The notes beneath the pieces were generated by a model that worked only from the letters and a program-made list of their open reading frames with translations, searched no databases and was not told the origin of the DNA. Below are positions 43,900 through 52,655 of a stretch of DNA of 64,000 nt, one piece after another. The position numbers and the translations under genes were made by a program. Positions within the stretch are counted from its first letter, which is position 1; every line of letters begins with the position of its first letter. Origin of the DNA: Dehalococcoidia bacterium (lineage in GTDB: Bacteria; Chloroflexota; Dehalococcoidia; Lucifugimonadales; Australimonadaceae); NCBI GenBank assembly GCA_965249325.1, contig CBDFLP010000020.1, positions 321,428 to 385,427 on the forward strand, given 5' to 3'.

Positions 43900-44825
43900 C
43901 TCCTTCCTTCGACATCTACACCGACGGCTCCTGCCTCGCAAACCCCGGCCCCGGCGGTTGGGCTGCCATCATCGAGCATGACGGCGAGACCGACCGGCTA
44001 TCGGGCGGCGAGCGCTCCACCACGAACAATCGCATGGAGGTCACCGCCGCCATCAAGGGGCTGGAGGCGGTCCCCGTTGGCGCAACCGCCGTGGTCCACT
44101 CCGACAGCGAGTACCTCGTCAAGACGATGACCAAGGGCTGGAAGCGCAACGCGAACCGCGATCTATGGGAGCAGTTGGACCGTCTCGCGACGAGGCGTAA
44201 CGTCGACTTCCGATGGGTGCGCGGGCACGCGGGGCATCCGCAGAACGAGGAGGCTGACCGCCTCGCCGTTCGCGCGATGCAGAGCGCCGCGGGCAGGACG
44301 CTTCCGCTCGAAACGGCAGCGGAAGGCGCGCCGTCCCCCGCCGTCCCAAGCCCGGGCCTCACTCACATCGACGCCCAAGGTGCCGCTCGCATGGTCGACG
44401 TGGGCGCCAAGCCGGACTCCGACCGTTTCGCCGCCGCTGCCGGAACGGTCACTATGCGTCCTGAAACTCTTGCCCTCATCCTCCAGGGCAAGATGGAGAA
44501 GGGCGATGTCTTCACCGTCGCTCGCATCGCCGGCGTCAATGCGGCTAAGCACACCTGGGAGCTCATTCCCCTCGCCCACCAGATTCCCCTCTCCCACGTC
44601 GAAGTCGACTTCGAGACCGACCCTCCGCAGGGGAGGGTGACTGTCTCCTCGCGCGCCCGCACGACCGCCAAGACCGGCGTGGAGATGGAAGCCCTAACCG
44701 CAGTTGCCGTCGCCGCCCTGACCATCTACGACATGTGCAAGGCCGTAGACCGCTCCATGACCATCGGCGACGTTCGCCTCATGGAGAAGACGGGCGGCGT
44801 CCACGGCGATTACAAAGCCCTGTGA
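43896..44825 (+). CDS. moaC: Fusion protein: RNase HI domain (N-terminal, about 145 aa) plus cyclic pyranopterin monophosphate synthase MoaC (C-terminal, about 155 aa)
   Basis: RNase H part: [42 protein letters not shown]. MoaC part: [60 protein letters not shown] single uninterrupted frame. ATGA overlap with moaA. Confidence 0.85.
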   Translation: MTPSFDIYTDGSCLANPGPGGWAAIIEHDGETDRLSGGERSTTNNRMEVTAAIKGLEAVPVGATAVVHSDSEYLVKTMTKGWKRNANRDLWEQLDRLATRRNVDFRWVRGHAGHPQNEEADRLAVRAMQSAAGRTLPLETAAEGAPSPAVPSPGLTHIDAQGAARMVDVGAKPDSDRFAAAAGTVTMRPETLALILQGKMEKGDVFTVARIAGVNAAKHTWELIPLAHQIPLSHVEVDFETDPPQGRVTVSSRARTTAKTGVEMEALTAVAVAALTIYDMCKAVDRSMTIGDVRLMEKTGGVHGDYKAL

Positions 44826-45229
44826 GCCTGCCCGCGCAGTGCGTCGCAGGCGCGCTCGTGAGCAGTGGCAAAGTCCTGCTCGTCCGGAGATCCCCGTTTC
44901 GCGCATACTACCCAAGCGTATGGGACCTCTTCGGAGGGCACGTCGAGAGCGGGGAGTCATTGGAGGATGCGCTCCGCAGGGAGGCTCGTGAAGAGCTCGA
45001 GGTGGAGCTGGATTCCTGTCGGCTGCTTGGGACAGTCCATGATCCAGTCGAACACGCCGATATCCACCTCTTCGTCGTGACGGCATGGCGCGGCGAGCCC
45101 GTAAACGCGGCGCCCCAAGAGCACACGGAGATTGGCTGGTTTTCAGCCGCTGAGCTGCCTCTTGGTCCGGCAGGCTTGGACGCCTATCGCGACCTCGTCG
45201 TGGAGGCGGTGACGCGCCCCGAGGCATAG
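44822..45229 (+). CDS. NUDIX hydrolase
   Basis: Nudix box [24 protein letters not shown]. The GTG start overlaps the moaC stop (GTGA). Confidence 0.8.
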   Translation: MSLPAQCVAGALVSSGKVLLVRRSPFRAYYPSVWDLFGGHVESGESLEDALRREAREELEVELDSCRLLGTVHDPVEHADIHLFVVTAWRGEPVNAAPQEHTEIGWFSAAELPLGPAGLDAYRDLVVEAVTRPEA

Positions 45230-45234
45230 ATTCT

Positions 45235-45666
45235 TTACCTCCCCAACCGCACCGCTCCGGCCACTGCGCGGAACGACTCCGACGATATCTCGAACAGCCA
45301 AGAGTGGCGCATTTCCGACAACTTGCGGCGATCGTCCTTCGTGAACGCGAGACGCAAGAGCTCCAACGGCGCCGGCTCCCGGAAGGGCAGGTAGTCGTAC
45401 TCGTAGGTCCCTCGCGCGTGGTCGACGCTTGTCGCGATGCCGATTCCCGGCGCGGTCTTGGCGCGCCCCGGATAGCTGGACGTGCAGTAGATGAGCACCA
45501 TGTCTCCCGTCTTCAGCTCCCGCGGCATGGCGCGGTTGCCGTACATCCCGCCCTCGACCGTCACGTGGTCGCCGACCGTAGGGTCGGCGTAGACCGCGAA
45601 GTAACACCTCGGCGATGCGGCGCTCATGGCATGAGACCCTAGCACCGCCCACTGCTTGCCCGCCAC
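45235..45666 (-). CDS. Hypothetical protein, possibly a PUA/EVE-like fold
   Basis: 143-aa ORF with good coding statistics by eye. The fold guess is weak. Confidence 0.4.
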   Translation of the reverse strand: MAGKQWAVLGSHAMSAASPRCYFAVYADPTVGDHVTVEGGMYGNRAMPRELKTGDMVLIYCTSSYPGRAKTAPGIGIATSVDHARGTYEYDYLPFREPAPLELLRLAFTKDDRRKLSEMRHSWLFEISSESFRAVAGAVRLGR

Positions 45667-45894
45667 GAGCCTTGGGAGGCCCTCCCCGTCACCGACCTCA
45701 CCGGGAGTGCGAACGCCCTAGCTGGAGCAGCTGTGTAGGGCAAGCGCAGCCTAGGCGAACGGAGAATCCCGAGTGTGATATGATGCAGTCCCCAACGGAT
45801 TTTGAGCTGCCTTTCTGTTTCCTCGGTCCGACACGCCAGGCTTCTGCTGGTGCCTCCAAGTCAAACGGGCAACCTGACTCCTAAGGAGCACTAG

Positions 45895-46176
45895 ATGAAG
45901 ATTTACGTCGGCAACCTCAGTTTCAACACGAGTGACAACGACCTGCGAGACGCCTTCGCCCCCTACGGCGAGGTCGCCAGCGCACAGGTCATTACGGACC
46001 GCGAGACCATGCGCTCGCGTGGGTTCGGTTTCGTCGAGATGGCCGCTGACAGTGCGGCGCAGCAGGCGATTCGCAGCCTCAACGGCTCGGACCTCCAGGG
46101 CCGCGCCCTCAACGTCAACGAAGCCAAGCCTCGGGAAGACCGCGGCTCGCGGAGCGGCGGCGGTTCCTGGAGGTAG
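45895..46176 (+). CDS. RRM-type RNA-binding protein
   Basis: RNP2 KIYVGNLSF, RNP1 RGFGFVEM, Gly/Arg-rich tail. AGGAG lies 8 nt upstream. Confidence 0.9.
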   Translation: MKIYVGNLSFNTSDNDLRDAFAPYGEVASAQVITDRETMRSRGFGFVEMAADSAAQQAIRSLNGSDLQGRALNVNEAKPREDRGSRSGGGSWR

Positions 46177-46326
46177 GTAGGCGCCTACAAAGCGCTTCGG
46201 CCTGAGTGCGCCCCCGGTGTCGGCGGGGCGCCAATGGCTGAGCTGCGGCCTCTGGGCCTCCCACAAGTCGCCGCAACGCGCTTACAATGCGCGCATCCGG
46301 ACCGGTCTATCGCAGGAGGACAAGTC

Positions 46327-47442
46327 ATGGCAGGGATTCTCGACGCCGACACCCATATCGCTGAGCCGCCCGGCATGTGGGACTATCTGGACCCCGAGTG
46401 GCACGCCCGCCGTCCCGTCATCGTCAACGTGCCTGACGACACCCTCTACGGCACGGCCGATCACATGTGGCTCATCGACGGCAAGATATACCCCAAGATT
46501 GTCGGTCGCGGCGGCAGCTCCTTCGTAACCCCCACCGCCCAGACCCGCGTCCGCAGCCGCGAGGACGTCCCCGCCCGTGAGCTCACCGACATCGCCATGC
46601 GCTTCGAGGGCATGCGCGCCACCAACGTCGACGCCCAGGTTGTCTATCCCACCCTCTTCCTCGGTTTCCTTACCGAGGACCCCGCCTACGAGGTCGCCCT
46701 CGCCAGGGCGTACAACCGCTACATGGCCGACGTCTGGGCCAAGTCCGAGGACCGCATTCGATGGGTCGTCGTGCCCGCTCTGCGCGACATCGACGCGACC
46801 ATCCAGGAGCTGCGCTTCGGCAAGCGGAACGGCGCCTGCGGCGTCTTCTTCCGCGGCATCGAGAAGGACCGCATGCTCGACGACCCCTACTTCTTCCCCG
46901 TCTACGAGGAAGCCCAGTCTCTCGATCTCGCCATCACCGTCCACCAGGGCCAGGGCTCTCCCGCGCTCAACGAACTTGCCGACCCCGCCCGCAGCCACAC
47001 CTTCACCCATGGTCGACTGCCCCCCATCGCCGGCTTCCGGAACTTGGTCCAGAACCGCATCCCGGAGCAATTCAAGGACCTGCGCTTCGGCTTCATCGAG
47101 ACCGGCGCCTCATGGATTCCCTTCGCCCTCTACCAACTCTCCGGCACCATGAAGCAGGACCCCAGTTTCTTCGGCCCGCGCCTGTTCGACGAGTACAACA
47201 TGTGGATATCCATCGAGGTCGCCGAGGACATGCCCTACCTCGTGGACAAGATCGGAGCCGACCACGTCGTCACCGGCACGGACTACGGCCACCACGCCCC
47301 GGGAACCACCAACCGCCTCATGAGCGACCCCTCGGCCCAGACCCACATGGTCGAATCCCTCCGCTCCCGCGCGGACCTCTCCCAGACCGACGTGGACAAG
47401 ATCCTCGTAGACAACCCCAACGCACTCTACGGAGTGTCTTAG
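46327..47442 (+). CDS. Amidohydrolase-2 family metal-dependent hydrolase (COG2159-like)
   Basis: MAGILDADTHIAEPPGMW..; ..VVTGTDYGHH... Start at internal ATG 46327. Confidence 0.65.
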   Translation: MAGILDADTHIAEPPGMWDYLDPEWHARRPVIVNVPDDTLYGTADHMWLIDGKIYPKIVGRGGSSFVTPTAQTRVRSREDVPARELTDIAMRFEGMRATNVDAQVVYPTLFLGFLTEDPAYEVALARAYNRYMADVWAKSEDRIRWVVVPALRDIDATIQELRFGKRNGACGVFFRGIEKDRMLDDPYFFPVYEEAQSLDLAITVHQGQGSPALNELADPARSHTFTHGRLPPIAGFRNLVQNRIPEQFKDLRFGFIETGASWIPFALYQLSGTMKQDPSFFGPRLFDEYNMWISIEVAEDMPYLVDKIGADHVVTGTDYGHHAPGTTNRLMSDPSAQTHMVESLRSRADLSQTDVDKILVDNPNALYGVS

Positions 47443-47473
47443 GGAAGCCTCACCTTGGCTGTTTACAGACGAA

Positions 47474-47500
47474 GAGCCTGGCCGTCTGGCGGCCAGGCTC
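47474..47500 (+). terminator. Perfect 11-bp-stem hairpin downstream of the amidohydrolase gene
   Basis: GAGCCTGGCCG-tctgg-CGGCCAGGCTC. Confidence 0.55.
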
Positions 47501-47597
47501 CCGGACAACTCGCTAGCGTCCGTAACCGCTCCACCCATCGAAGGGTGGACAGTAGGGTGCCGCTCCCGCGCACGTCCCCCGCTATAATCTCCTGCAT

Positions 47598-49820
47598 ATG
47601 ACCGGCCCCGCTGAGGCGCTCCTCCAAGGACTCAACCCCCCGCAGCGTGAAGCCGTCGAGCATGTCGACGGCCCGCTGCTGATCGTCGCAGGCCCCGGCT
47701 CCGGCAAGACTCGCGTCATCACCCACCGCATCGCCTACCTCAACCAGCGCGTCGGCATCGGCCCCAGCCGCATCGCCGCCGTCACCTTCACCAACCGCGC
47801 CGCACGGGATATGCGCTCCCGTCTGGAACGCCTCATGGGCGAGCGCGCCCGATACCTCTTCGCCGGCACCTTCCACGCCCTTTGCGCCATGATTCTGCGG
47901 CGCGACGGCGAGGCCATCGGCATCCCCAAAGAGTTCGTCATCATGGACGACGATGATCAGATGGGCCTCATCAAGCAGGCGATGGAGCTGGCCGAGGTCA
48001 ACCCCAAACGTTTCCCTCCACGCGCCGTTCTATCCGCCATCAGTTCCGCCAAGTCCCAGCTCCTCGGCCCGGAGGGCTTTGCCGGCAGCGCCCAGGGCTA
48101 CTACGACGAGGCCGTACATCGCGTCTTCGTCCAATACCAGGGCCTCCTAGCCCGCAGCCGCGGCGTCGATTTCGACGACCTCCTGAGCCGGACCGTGGAG
48201 CTCCTCCGCCAGTCCCCCGAAACGAAGGCCAAGTACCAGGAACGGTTCGTCCACATCATGGTCGACGAGTTTCAGGACACCAACGTCGCCCAGTACCAGA
48301 TCGCCCGCGAGCTTGCGGGCAAGCATCGCAACCTCACCGTTGTGGGCGACCCCGACCAGTCCATCTACTCCTGGCGCAACGCCGACATTCGCAACATCCT
48401 TTCCTTCCAGAAAGACTACCCCGAATCGAAGGTCGTCCATCTCTCTCAGAACTACCGCTCGACCGGCACGATCCTCGACGCCGCCCAGCACGTCATACGC
48501 CCCAACAGCCAGCGTATCGAGCAGCGCCTGTTCACCGAGAACGAGCCCGGAGCCCCGGTCTACGTCGCCGAGGCCTACAACGAGGAGGAGGAAGCCCAGG
48601 GCGTCATCCGCGAGGTGCAGCGCCTCATGGAGGAGGAGAGTGTCACCCTGCGCGATTGCGTCGTGACCTACCGAGTCAACGCCCAGTCCCGCGCCTTGGA
48701 GGAGGCGTGCCTCCGCTACGGCGTCCCCTACAAGCTCATCGGCGGCGTCCGCTTCTACCAGCGGCGCGAGGTCAAGGACGTGGTCGCCTACCTGCGCCTG
48801 CTCCAGGATCCCTACGACGAGGTCAGCCTCACGCGCGTCATCAATGTGCCGGCGCGCGGCATCGGCAAGAAGACTGTCGACGACCTCACCGCGTGGGCGC
48901 GCACACTGGACATCCCCGCTTACAGCGCGCTCCAGCTGTTGACCGACGAGTCGGGCGAGCATCCGTCGCCCTTCGACGCGCGTCAGAAGCGCCAGCTTGC
49001 AGGCTTCCTCTCCCTGATCAACGCCCTGCGCGAACGCGCCGCTGACCTTGAGCTGCCCGAACTCATCGACGAGGTGATGGAGCGCTCCGGCTACCGGCGC
49101 TCGCTCATCGAGTCCGGTGACTCCGACGCTGAGGACCGCCTCGACAACATCCGCGAGTTCCGGGGAATGACCGCTGACCTCGCCGGTGCGCCCGCCGCCG
49201 AGAACCTGCCGGCCTTCATCGAAAGCGTGACCCTCGTCTCCGACCAAGACGCCATCCAAGAGGACGAGCAGCAATACCTCACTCTCATCACTCTCCACCA
49301 GATCAAGGGCCTCGAATACCCCGTCGTCTTCATCACCGGCATGGAGGAAGGCATCCTGCCCCACATGCGCTCTCTCGACGACCCCGACCAGCTCGAGGAG
49401 GAGCGCCGCATCGCCTACGTCGGCATGACCCGCGCTCGCAAGCGCCTCTACCTGCTGCGGTCGCTGCGCAGGATGATGTACGGCAGGACAGGCCCGGGGT
49501 ACGCGTCGCGCTTTCTCATGGACATCCCCTACAACCTCATCGAGGTCCCGGCCCGCAAGCAGCGCGACGGGGCCGCCTCTGACGCCATCCGTCATTCCCG
49601 CGAAGGCGGAAACCTCGCCACTGCATCCGGCGTGAGCGCCCCCGCCCAGCCGCCGCCGTTCAAGGCAGGCGACAAGGTCGCTCATGCCAGCTTCGGCAAG
49701 GGCGTCGTCGTCAACTGCGCCCCGCGCCCTGACGACTACGAGGTAACTGTCGCATTCGTGGGGGCCGGCATCCGCCGGTTGCTCCACAGCTACGGCAAGC
49801 TCGATAAGGTCGTAAGCTAG
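47598..49820 (+). CDS. pcrA: ATP-dependent DNA helicase PcrA/UvrD (SF1)
   Basis: GPGSGKTRVITHR, MVDEFQDTN, VGDPDQSIYSWRNA, LSQNYRS, TLHQIKGLEYPVVF, RIAYVGMTRARKRL. Confidence 0.95.
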   Translation: MTGPAEALLQGLNPPQREAVEHVDGPLLIVAGPGSGKTRVITHRIAYLNQRVGIGPSRIAAVTFTNRAARDMRSRLERLMGERARYLFAGTFHALCAMILRRDGEAIGIPKEFVIMDDDDQMGLIKQAMELAEVNPKRFPPRAVLSAISSAKSQLLGPEGFAGSAQGYYDEAVHRVFVQYQGLLARSRGVDFDDLLSRTVELLRQSPETKAKYQERFVHIMVDEFQDTNVAQYQIARELAGKHRNLTVVGDPDQSIYSWRNADIRNILSFQKDYPESKVVHLSQNYRSTGTILDAAQHVIRPNSQRIEQRLFTENEPGAPVYVAEAYNEEEEAQGVIREVQRLMEEESVTLRDCVVTYRVNAQSRALEEACLRYGVPYKLIGGVRFYQRREVKDVVAYLRLLQDPYDEVSLTRVINVPARGIGKKTVDDLTAWARTLDIPAYSALQLLTDESGEHPSPFDARQKRQLAGFLSLINALRERAADLELPELIDEVMERSGYRRSLIESGDSDAEDRLDNIREFRGMTADLAGAPAAENLPAFIESVTLVSDQDAIQEDEQQYLTLITLHQIKGLEYPVVFITGMEEGILPHMRSLDDPDQLEEERRIAYVGMTRARKRLYLLRSLRRMMYGRTGPGYASRFLMDIPYNLIEVPARKQRDGAASDAIRHSREGGNLATASGVSAPAQPPPFKAGDKVAHASFGKGVVVNCAPRPDDYEVTVAFVGAGIRRLLHSYGKLDKVVS
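49589..49616 (-). repeat. REP-type hairpin module embedded in frame in the pcrA linker
   Basis: CCGTCATTCCCGCGAAGGCGGAAACCTC is the rc-type of GAGGTTCCCGCCTxCGCGGGAATGACGG. Translated as IRHSREGGNL. Confidence 0.75.
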
Positions 49821-49825
49821 AGGAT

Positions 49826-50539
49826 ATGGCTGTCGACCTCTCCATAGTCATTCCCGCTTACAACGAGCAGGACCGCATCCGCCCCACCCTCGAAGAGTAC
49901 GCCGCCGTCTTCCGCAAGTCCCGCGTGGGTAGGTTCGAGCTCCTCGTCGTCCTGAATGGCTGCCGCGACAACACCCGCGCCGTCGTCGAGTCGATAGCCG
50001 CCAATGTCCGTGAGATCCGTATCGTCGAGTTCGCTGAGCCCCTCGGCAAGGGCGGCGCTATTCGCAAGGGACTTGACATAGCCGACGGCCGCCTGCTCGC
50101 CTACGTCGACGCCGACAACATGGTGCGCGCCGACGAGACCAAGCGTCTGATTGCCGCGCTCGCTGACTACGACGTCGCCATCGCCGACCGCTTCAGCGGC
50201 GAGCAGACCAACGGCAGCCAGCCCTTCCTCCGTCGGCTCATCAGCCTCGGTTCGAGGCTCTGGGTGCGCAGCTTCCTCAGTCTCCCGTACTCCGACACCC
50301 AATGCGGCGCCAAGGCCTTCCGCGCTGACGCCTGGAATGCCATCGCGCCGAGCATCGCCGAACGCGGCTGGGCTTTCGACCTCGATGTTCTAGCTCACGC
50401 CAAACGCTTGGGTCTCTCCGTCGCCGAGGTCCCCGTCCGCTGGCAGCACGTCGCCGAAGGCTCCAAGGTGCAACCCTGGAAAGATGTCCCCGCCACCCTC
50501 CTCTCGACCGTCCGCATCAAGCGCCGCGCCAGGCGCTAG
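49826..50539 (+). CDS. Family 2 glycosyltransferase (polyprenol-phosphate glycosyltransferase-like)
   Basis: LSIVIPAYNEQDRI..YVDADN.. Confidence 0.8.
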   Translation: MAVDLSIVIPAYNEQDRIRPTLEEYAAVFRKSRVGRFELLVVLNGCRDNTRAVVESIAANVREIRIVEFAEPLGKGGAIRKGLDIADGRLLAYVDADNMVRADETKRLIAALADYDVAIADRFSGEQTNGSQPFLRRLISLGSRLWVRSFLSLPYSDTQCGAKAFRADAWNAIAPSIAERGWAFDLDVLAHAKRLGLSVAEVPVRWQHVAEGSKVQPWKDVPATLLSTVRIKRRARR

Positions 50540-50543
50540 CCGC

Positions 50544-51272
50544 CTAACCCCGCCTCCTCCGCCGCGCGCGCCACGCCACTATCCGCACGCACAGTTCCGC
50601 GAGGGCCAGCGCCTCCTTCACGCCCGCCTTTGACGATCCGGCGCGACGGTTGTGAAACACCATCGGCCACTCGCACACCCGCAGGCCCCGCTGCGTCGCC
50701 AGCGCCTCCAGAAGCCACTTGAACCCGCGCGAAGAGTAACGCGTCGGCATCTCCGTGATGACCTCGCGTCGGCAGAGCGCGTAGCCCGTCAGCACGTCCC
50801 GCTGAGGCAGCAGCAACAGGATTCTCACGCCGAGGTTGAGCGCCAGGCTGATGAGCCGCCGGGTCATCGGCTGGCCGACGAAACCGCCGCCCCTGACGAA
50901 ACGCGAGCCGATGACCACATCGCAGCCGTCCTCGGCCTTGCCGAGCATTCCCGGAAGCTCCTCCGGGTCGTGCGAGTGGTCCGAGTCCATCACTGCGACG
51001 AACCGCCCCCTCGCCGCCGCCGCGCCTGCGAACACGGCGCTGGACAGTCCCGCCTTACCTGCGCGTTCGACGAGCCGCACCCGGTCGTCCGACGCTCCCA
51101 TCTCTCTCACGACGTTCGCTGTGCCGTCCGGGCTGCCGTCGTCCACGACGATTACCTCGCAAGGAACGCCGCGGAGGATGTCGAGCACCTGCAGCGCGAG
51201 CGCACGGATGTTCTCTCGCTCGTTGTAGGTCGGCAGGATGACTGACAGCAGTGGGGCGGCTTCGGGCGACAC
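50544..51272 (-). CDS. Family 2 glycosyltransferase (polyprenol/dolichol-phosphate mannosyltransferase-like)
   Basis: LSVILPTYNERENI..VVDDGSPDGT..VMDSDHSHDP. Confidence 0.8.
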   Translation of the reverse strand: MSPEAAPLLSVILPTYNERENIRALALQVLDILRGVPCEVIVVDDGSPDGTANVVREMGASDDRVRLVERAGKAGLSSAVFAGAAAARGRFVAVMDSDHSHDPEELPGMLGKAEDGCDVVIGSRFVRGGGFVGQPMTRRLISLALNLGVRILLLLPQRDVLTGYALCRREVITEMPTRYSSRGFKWLLEALATQRGLRVCEWPMVFHNRRAGSSKAGVKEALALAELCVRIVAWRARRRRRG

Positions 51273-51365
51273 GAATGCGAGTATAGGAGCGGCCCCAAGC
51301 GACCGGCAATGAGGTCCGCCGCTGGTTTACCCGCGCTCAGAACCAGGCGTACACTCCCCCGTGGC

Positions 51366-52058
51366 ATGCTCGAACGACCAAGAACCGCTCTCGTCCTTGC
51401 CGGCGGCAGAGGCGAACGCCTCCGCCCACTGACCGACGACCGTCCCAAGCCGATGGTCCTCGTAGGCGGAAAGCCCATCCTCGAGCGCCAATTGGCCTGG
51501 CTACGGGAGAACGGCGTCGAGCGCGCCGTTCTCCTCACCGGCTACCTCCACGAGGTCGTTGCCGATTACTTCGCTACTCCGCGCATCGATGGACTCCCCG
51601 TCGAGTGCGTCGTGGAGGACTCGCCCCTCGGCCGGGGCGGCGCCTTCAAGAACGGATACCGCCAAGCGGGCCTGTCCGACCCCCTAGTCGTCGCGACGAA
51701 TGGCGATGTGCTGACCGACCAGCCCCTCGACGCCTTGCTGCGTGTCCACGAGTCTGCAAGCGCGCTCGCCACGGTCATGCTCACTCAAATGGTCAGCCCC
51801 TACGGCATCGTCGAAGCGGAGGGCGACCTCGTAACCGGCTTCACCGAAAAGCCTCTTCTGCCTCACTGGATAAACGCCGGGACCTACCTCCTTTCCCGCG
51901 AGGCCATCGAGCGCTTCCCTGACCTGGGCGACCACGAGACAACCACCTTTCCCGCCCTCGCGTCCGAGGGCAGACTGGCCGCCTACAAGAGCGTCGCCTA
52001 CTGGAAATCGATTGAGTCCCCCAAAGACCTCGCCGAGGCCGCAACCCGCTTCGCGTAA
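51366..52058 (+). CDS. Sugar-phosphate nucleotidyltransferase
   Basis: ALVLAGGRGERLRPLTDDRPKPMV. Start at internal ATG 51366. Confidence 0.8.
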   Translation: MLERPRTALVLAGGRGERLRPLTDDRPKPMVLVGGKPILERQLAWLRENGVERAVLLTGYLHEVVADYFATPRIDGLPVECVVEDSPLGRGGAFKNGYRQAGLSDPLVVATNGDVLTDQPLDALLRVHESASALATVMLTQMVSPYGIVEAEGDLVTGFTEKPLLPHWINAGTYLLSREAIERFPDLGDHETTTFPALASEGRLAAYKSVAYWKSIESPKDLAEAATRFA

Positions 52059-52072
52059 CGATCCCTCATCCG

Positions 52073-52205
52073 TCATTGCTTCGAAAGTCCTCTCCACCGT
52101 CTGCGGGGGAGAGTTAGAGAGGGGGCCGCCCCGCCCGCTACTTTCGTCGGTTGTGGTGTGGGGCGTCAGCCCAACATGAGGGATTCCCGCGCAGGCGGGG
52201 ACCTC
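52073..52205 (-). repeat. Uninterrupted copy of the REP composite that carries the IS at 1677-3045 (the 'empty site')
   Basis: The rc reads ..CTCATGTTGGGCTGACGCCCCACACCACAACCGACGAAAGTAGCGGGCGGGGCGGCCCCCTCTCTAACTCTCCCCCGCAGACGGTGGAGAGGACTTTCGAAGCAATGACGG. It is collinear with 1587-1676 plus 3054-3080, and GACGGTGG occurs only once. Confidence 0.9.
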
Positions 52206-52224
52206 CCGGCGGCGCGGTTCCACC

Positions 52225-52527
52225 GCGACATTTACCCCTTACCCCAACCCGCCCCCAACGCGTATTCTGAAATCTCCATCATGTCCACCCCTAGCCCCGT
52301 CCCGACATCCCAAGCCCTCTCCGGTCAGCCCCAGCGTCTGCGCCCGCCAGAAACGCCCCCCAAGGAGCGTGTGCCACCGTGTTTTTTCATTTCGCTCGCA
52401 TTCTTGATCGCAGGAAGCAGGCCGTGGCCTGCTAAACAGCCCCGATCAAGAAGGTGAAAGTACCCCCTCCGGCGGCACAGACCATCTTCCCTTACGAGTA
52501 AAAATCCCATCAAGAAGCTGATTTGCT
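52225..52527 (-). repeat. Third, diverged and rearranged copy (E) of the non-coding module, upstream of sucC
   Basis: GCGACATTTACCCCTTACCCC (rc of the GGGGTAAGGGG..TGTCGC module), CAGGAAGCAGGCCGTGGCC, and CTTACGAGTAAAAA. Core motif ATCAAGAA(G/T) starts at 52445 and 52509, with an inverted copy (ATTCTTGAT) at 52400-52408. Confidence 0.7.
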
Positions 52528-52590
52528 CCACCCTCTCTAACCTCTCTGCGAGGGAGACTGAGAGGGGGCCGTCTGCGGGAGAGAGGGGTC
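52528..52590. repeat. REP-like CCCTCTC/GAGAGGG palindromic modules
   Basis: CCACCCTCTCTAACCTCTCTGCGAGGGAGACTGAGAGGGGGCCGTCTGCGGGAGAGAGGGGTC. Confidence 0.8.
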
Positions 52591-52655
52591 TGCTATCATG
52601 GCTCGCGGCCTGCGAGGCGCGAAGCTCGTCGGCCACTTTCACAGAGAGGACTCCC

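Noticed and set aside
47583-47600. TATAAT 9 nt upstream of the pcrA ATG, suggesting a leaderless mRNA
   Set aside because: There is no acceptable -35 at 16-19 bp spacing, and a single hexamer match is weak evidence. I left it unannotated.
48147-49787. 546-aa ORF on the minus strand
   Set aside because: It lies antisense to pcrA, which carries all the SF1 helicase motifs. It is a shadow ORF.
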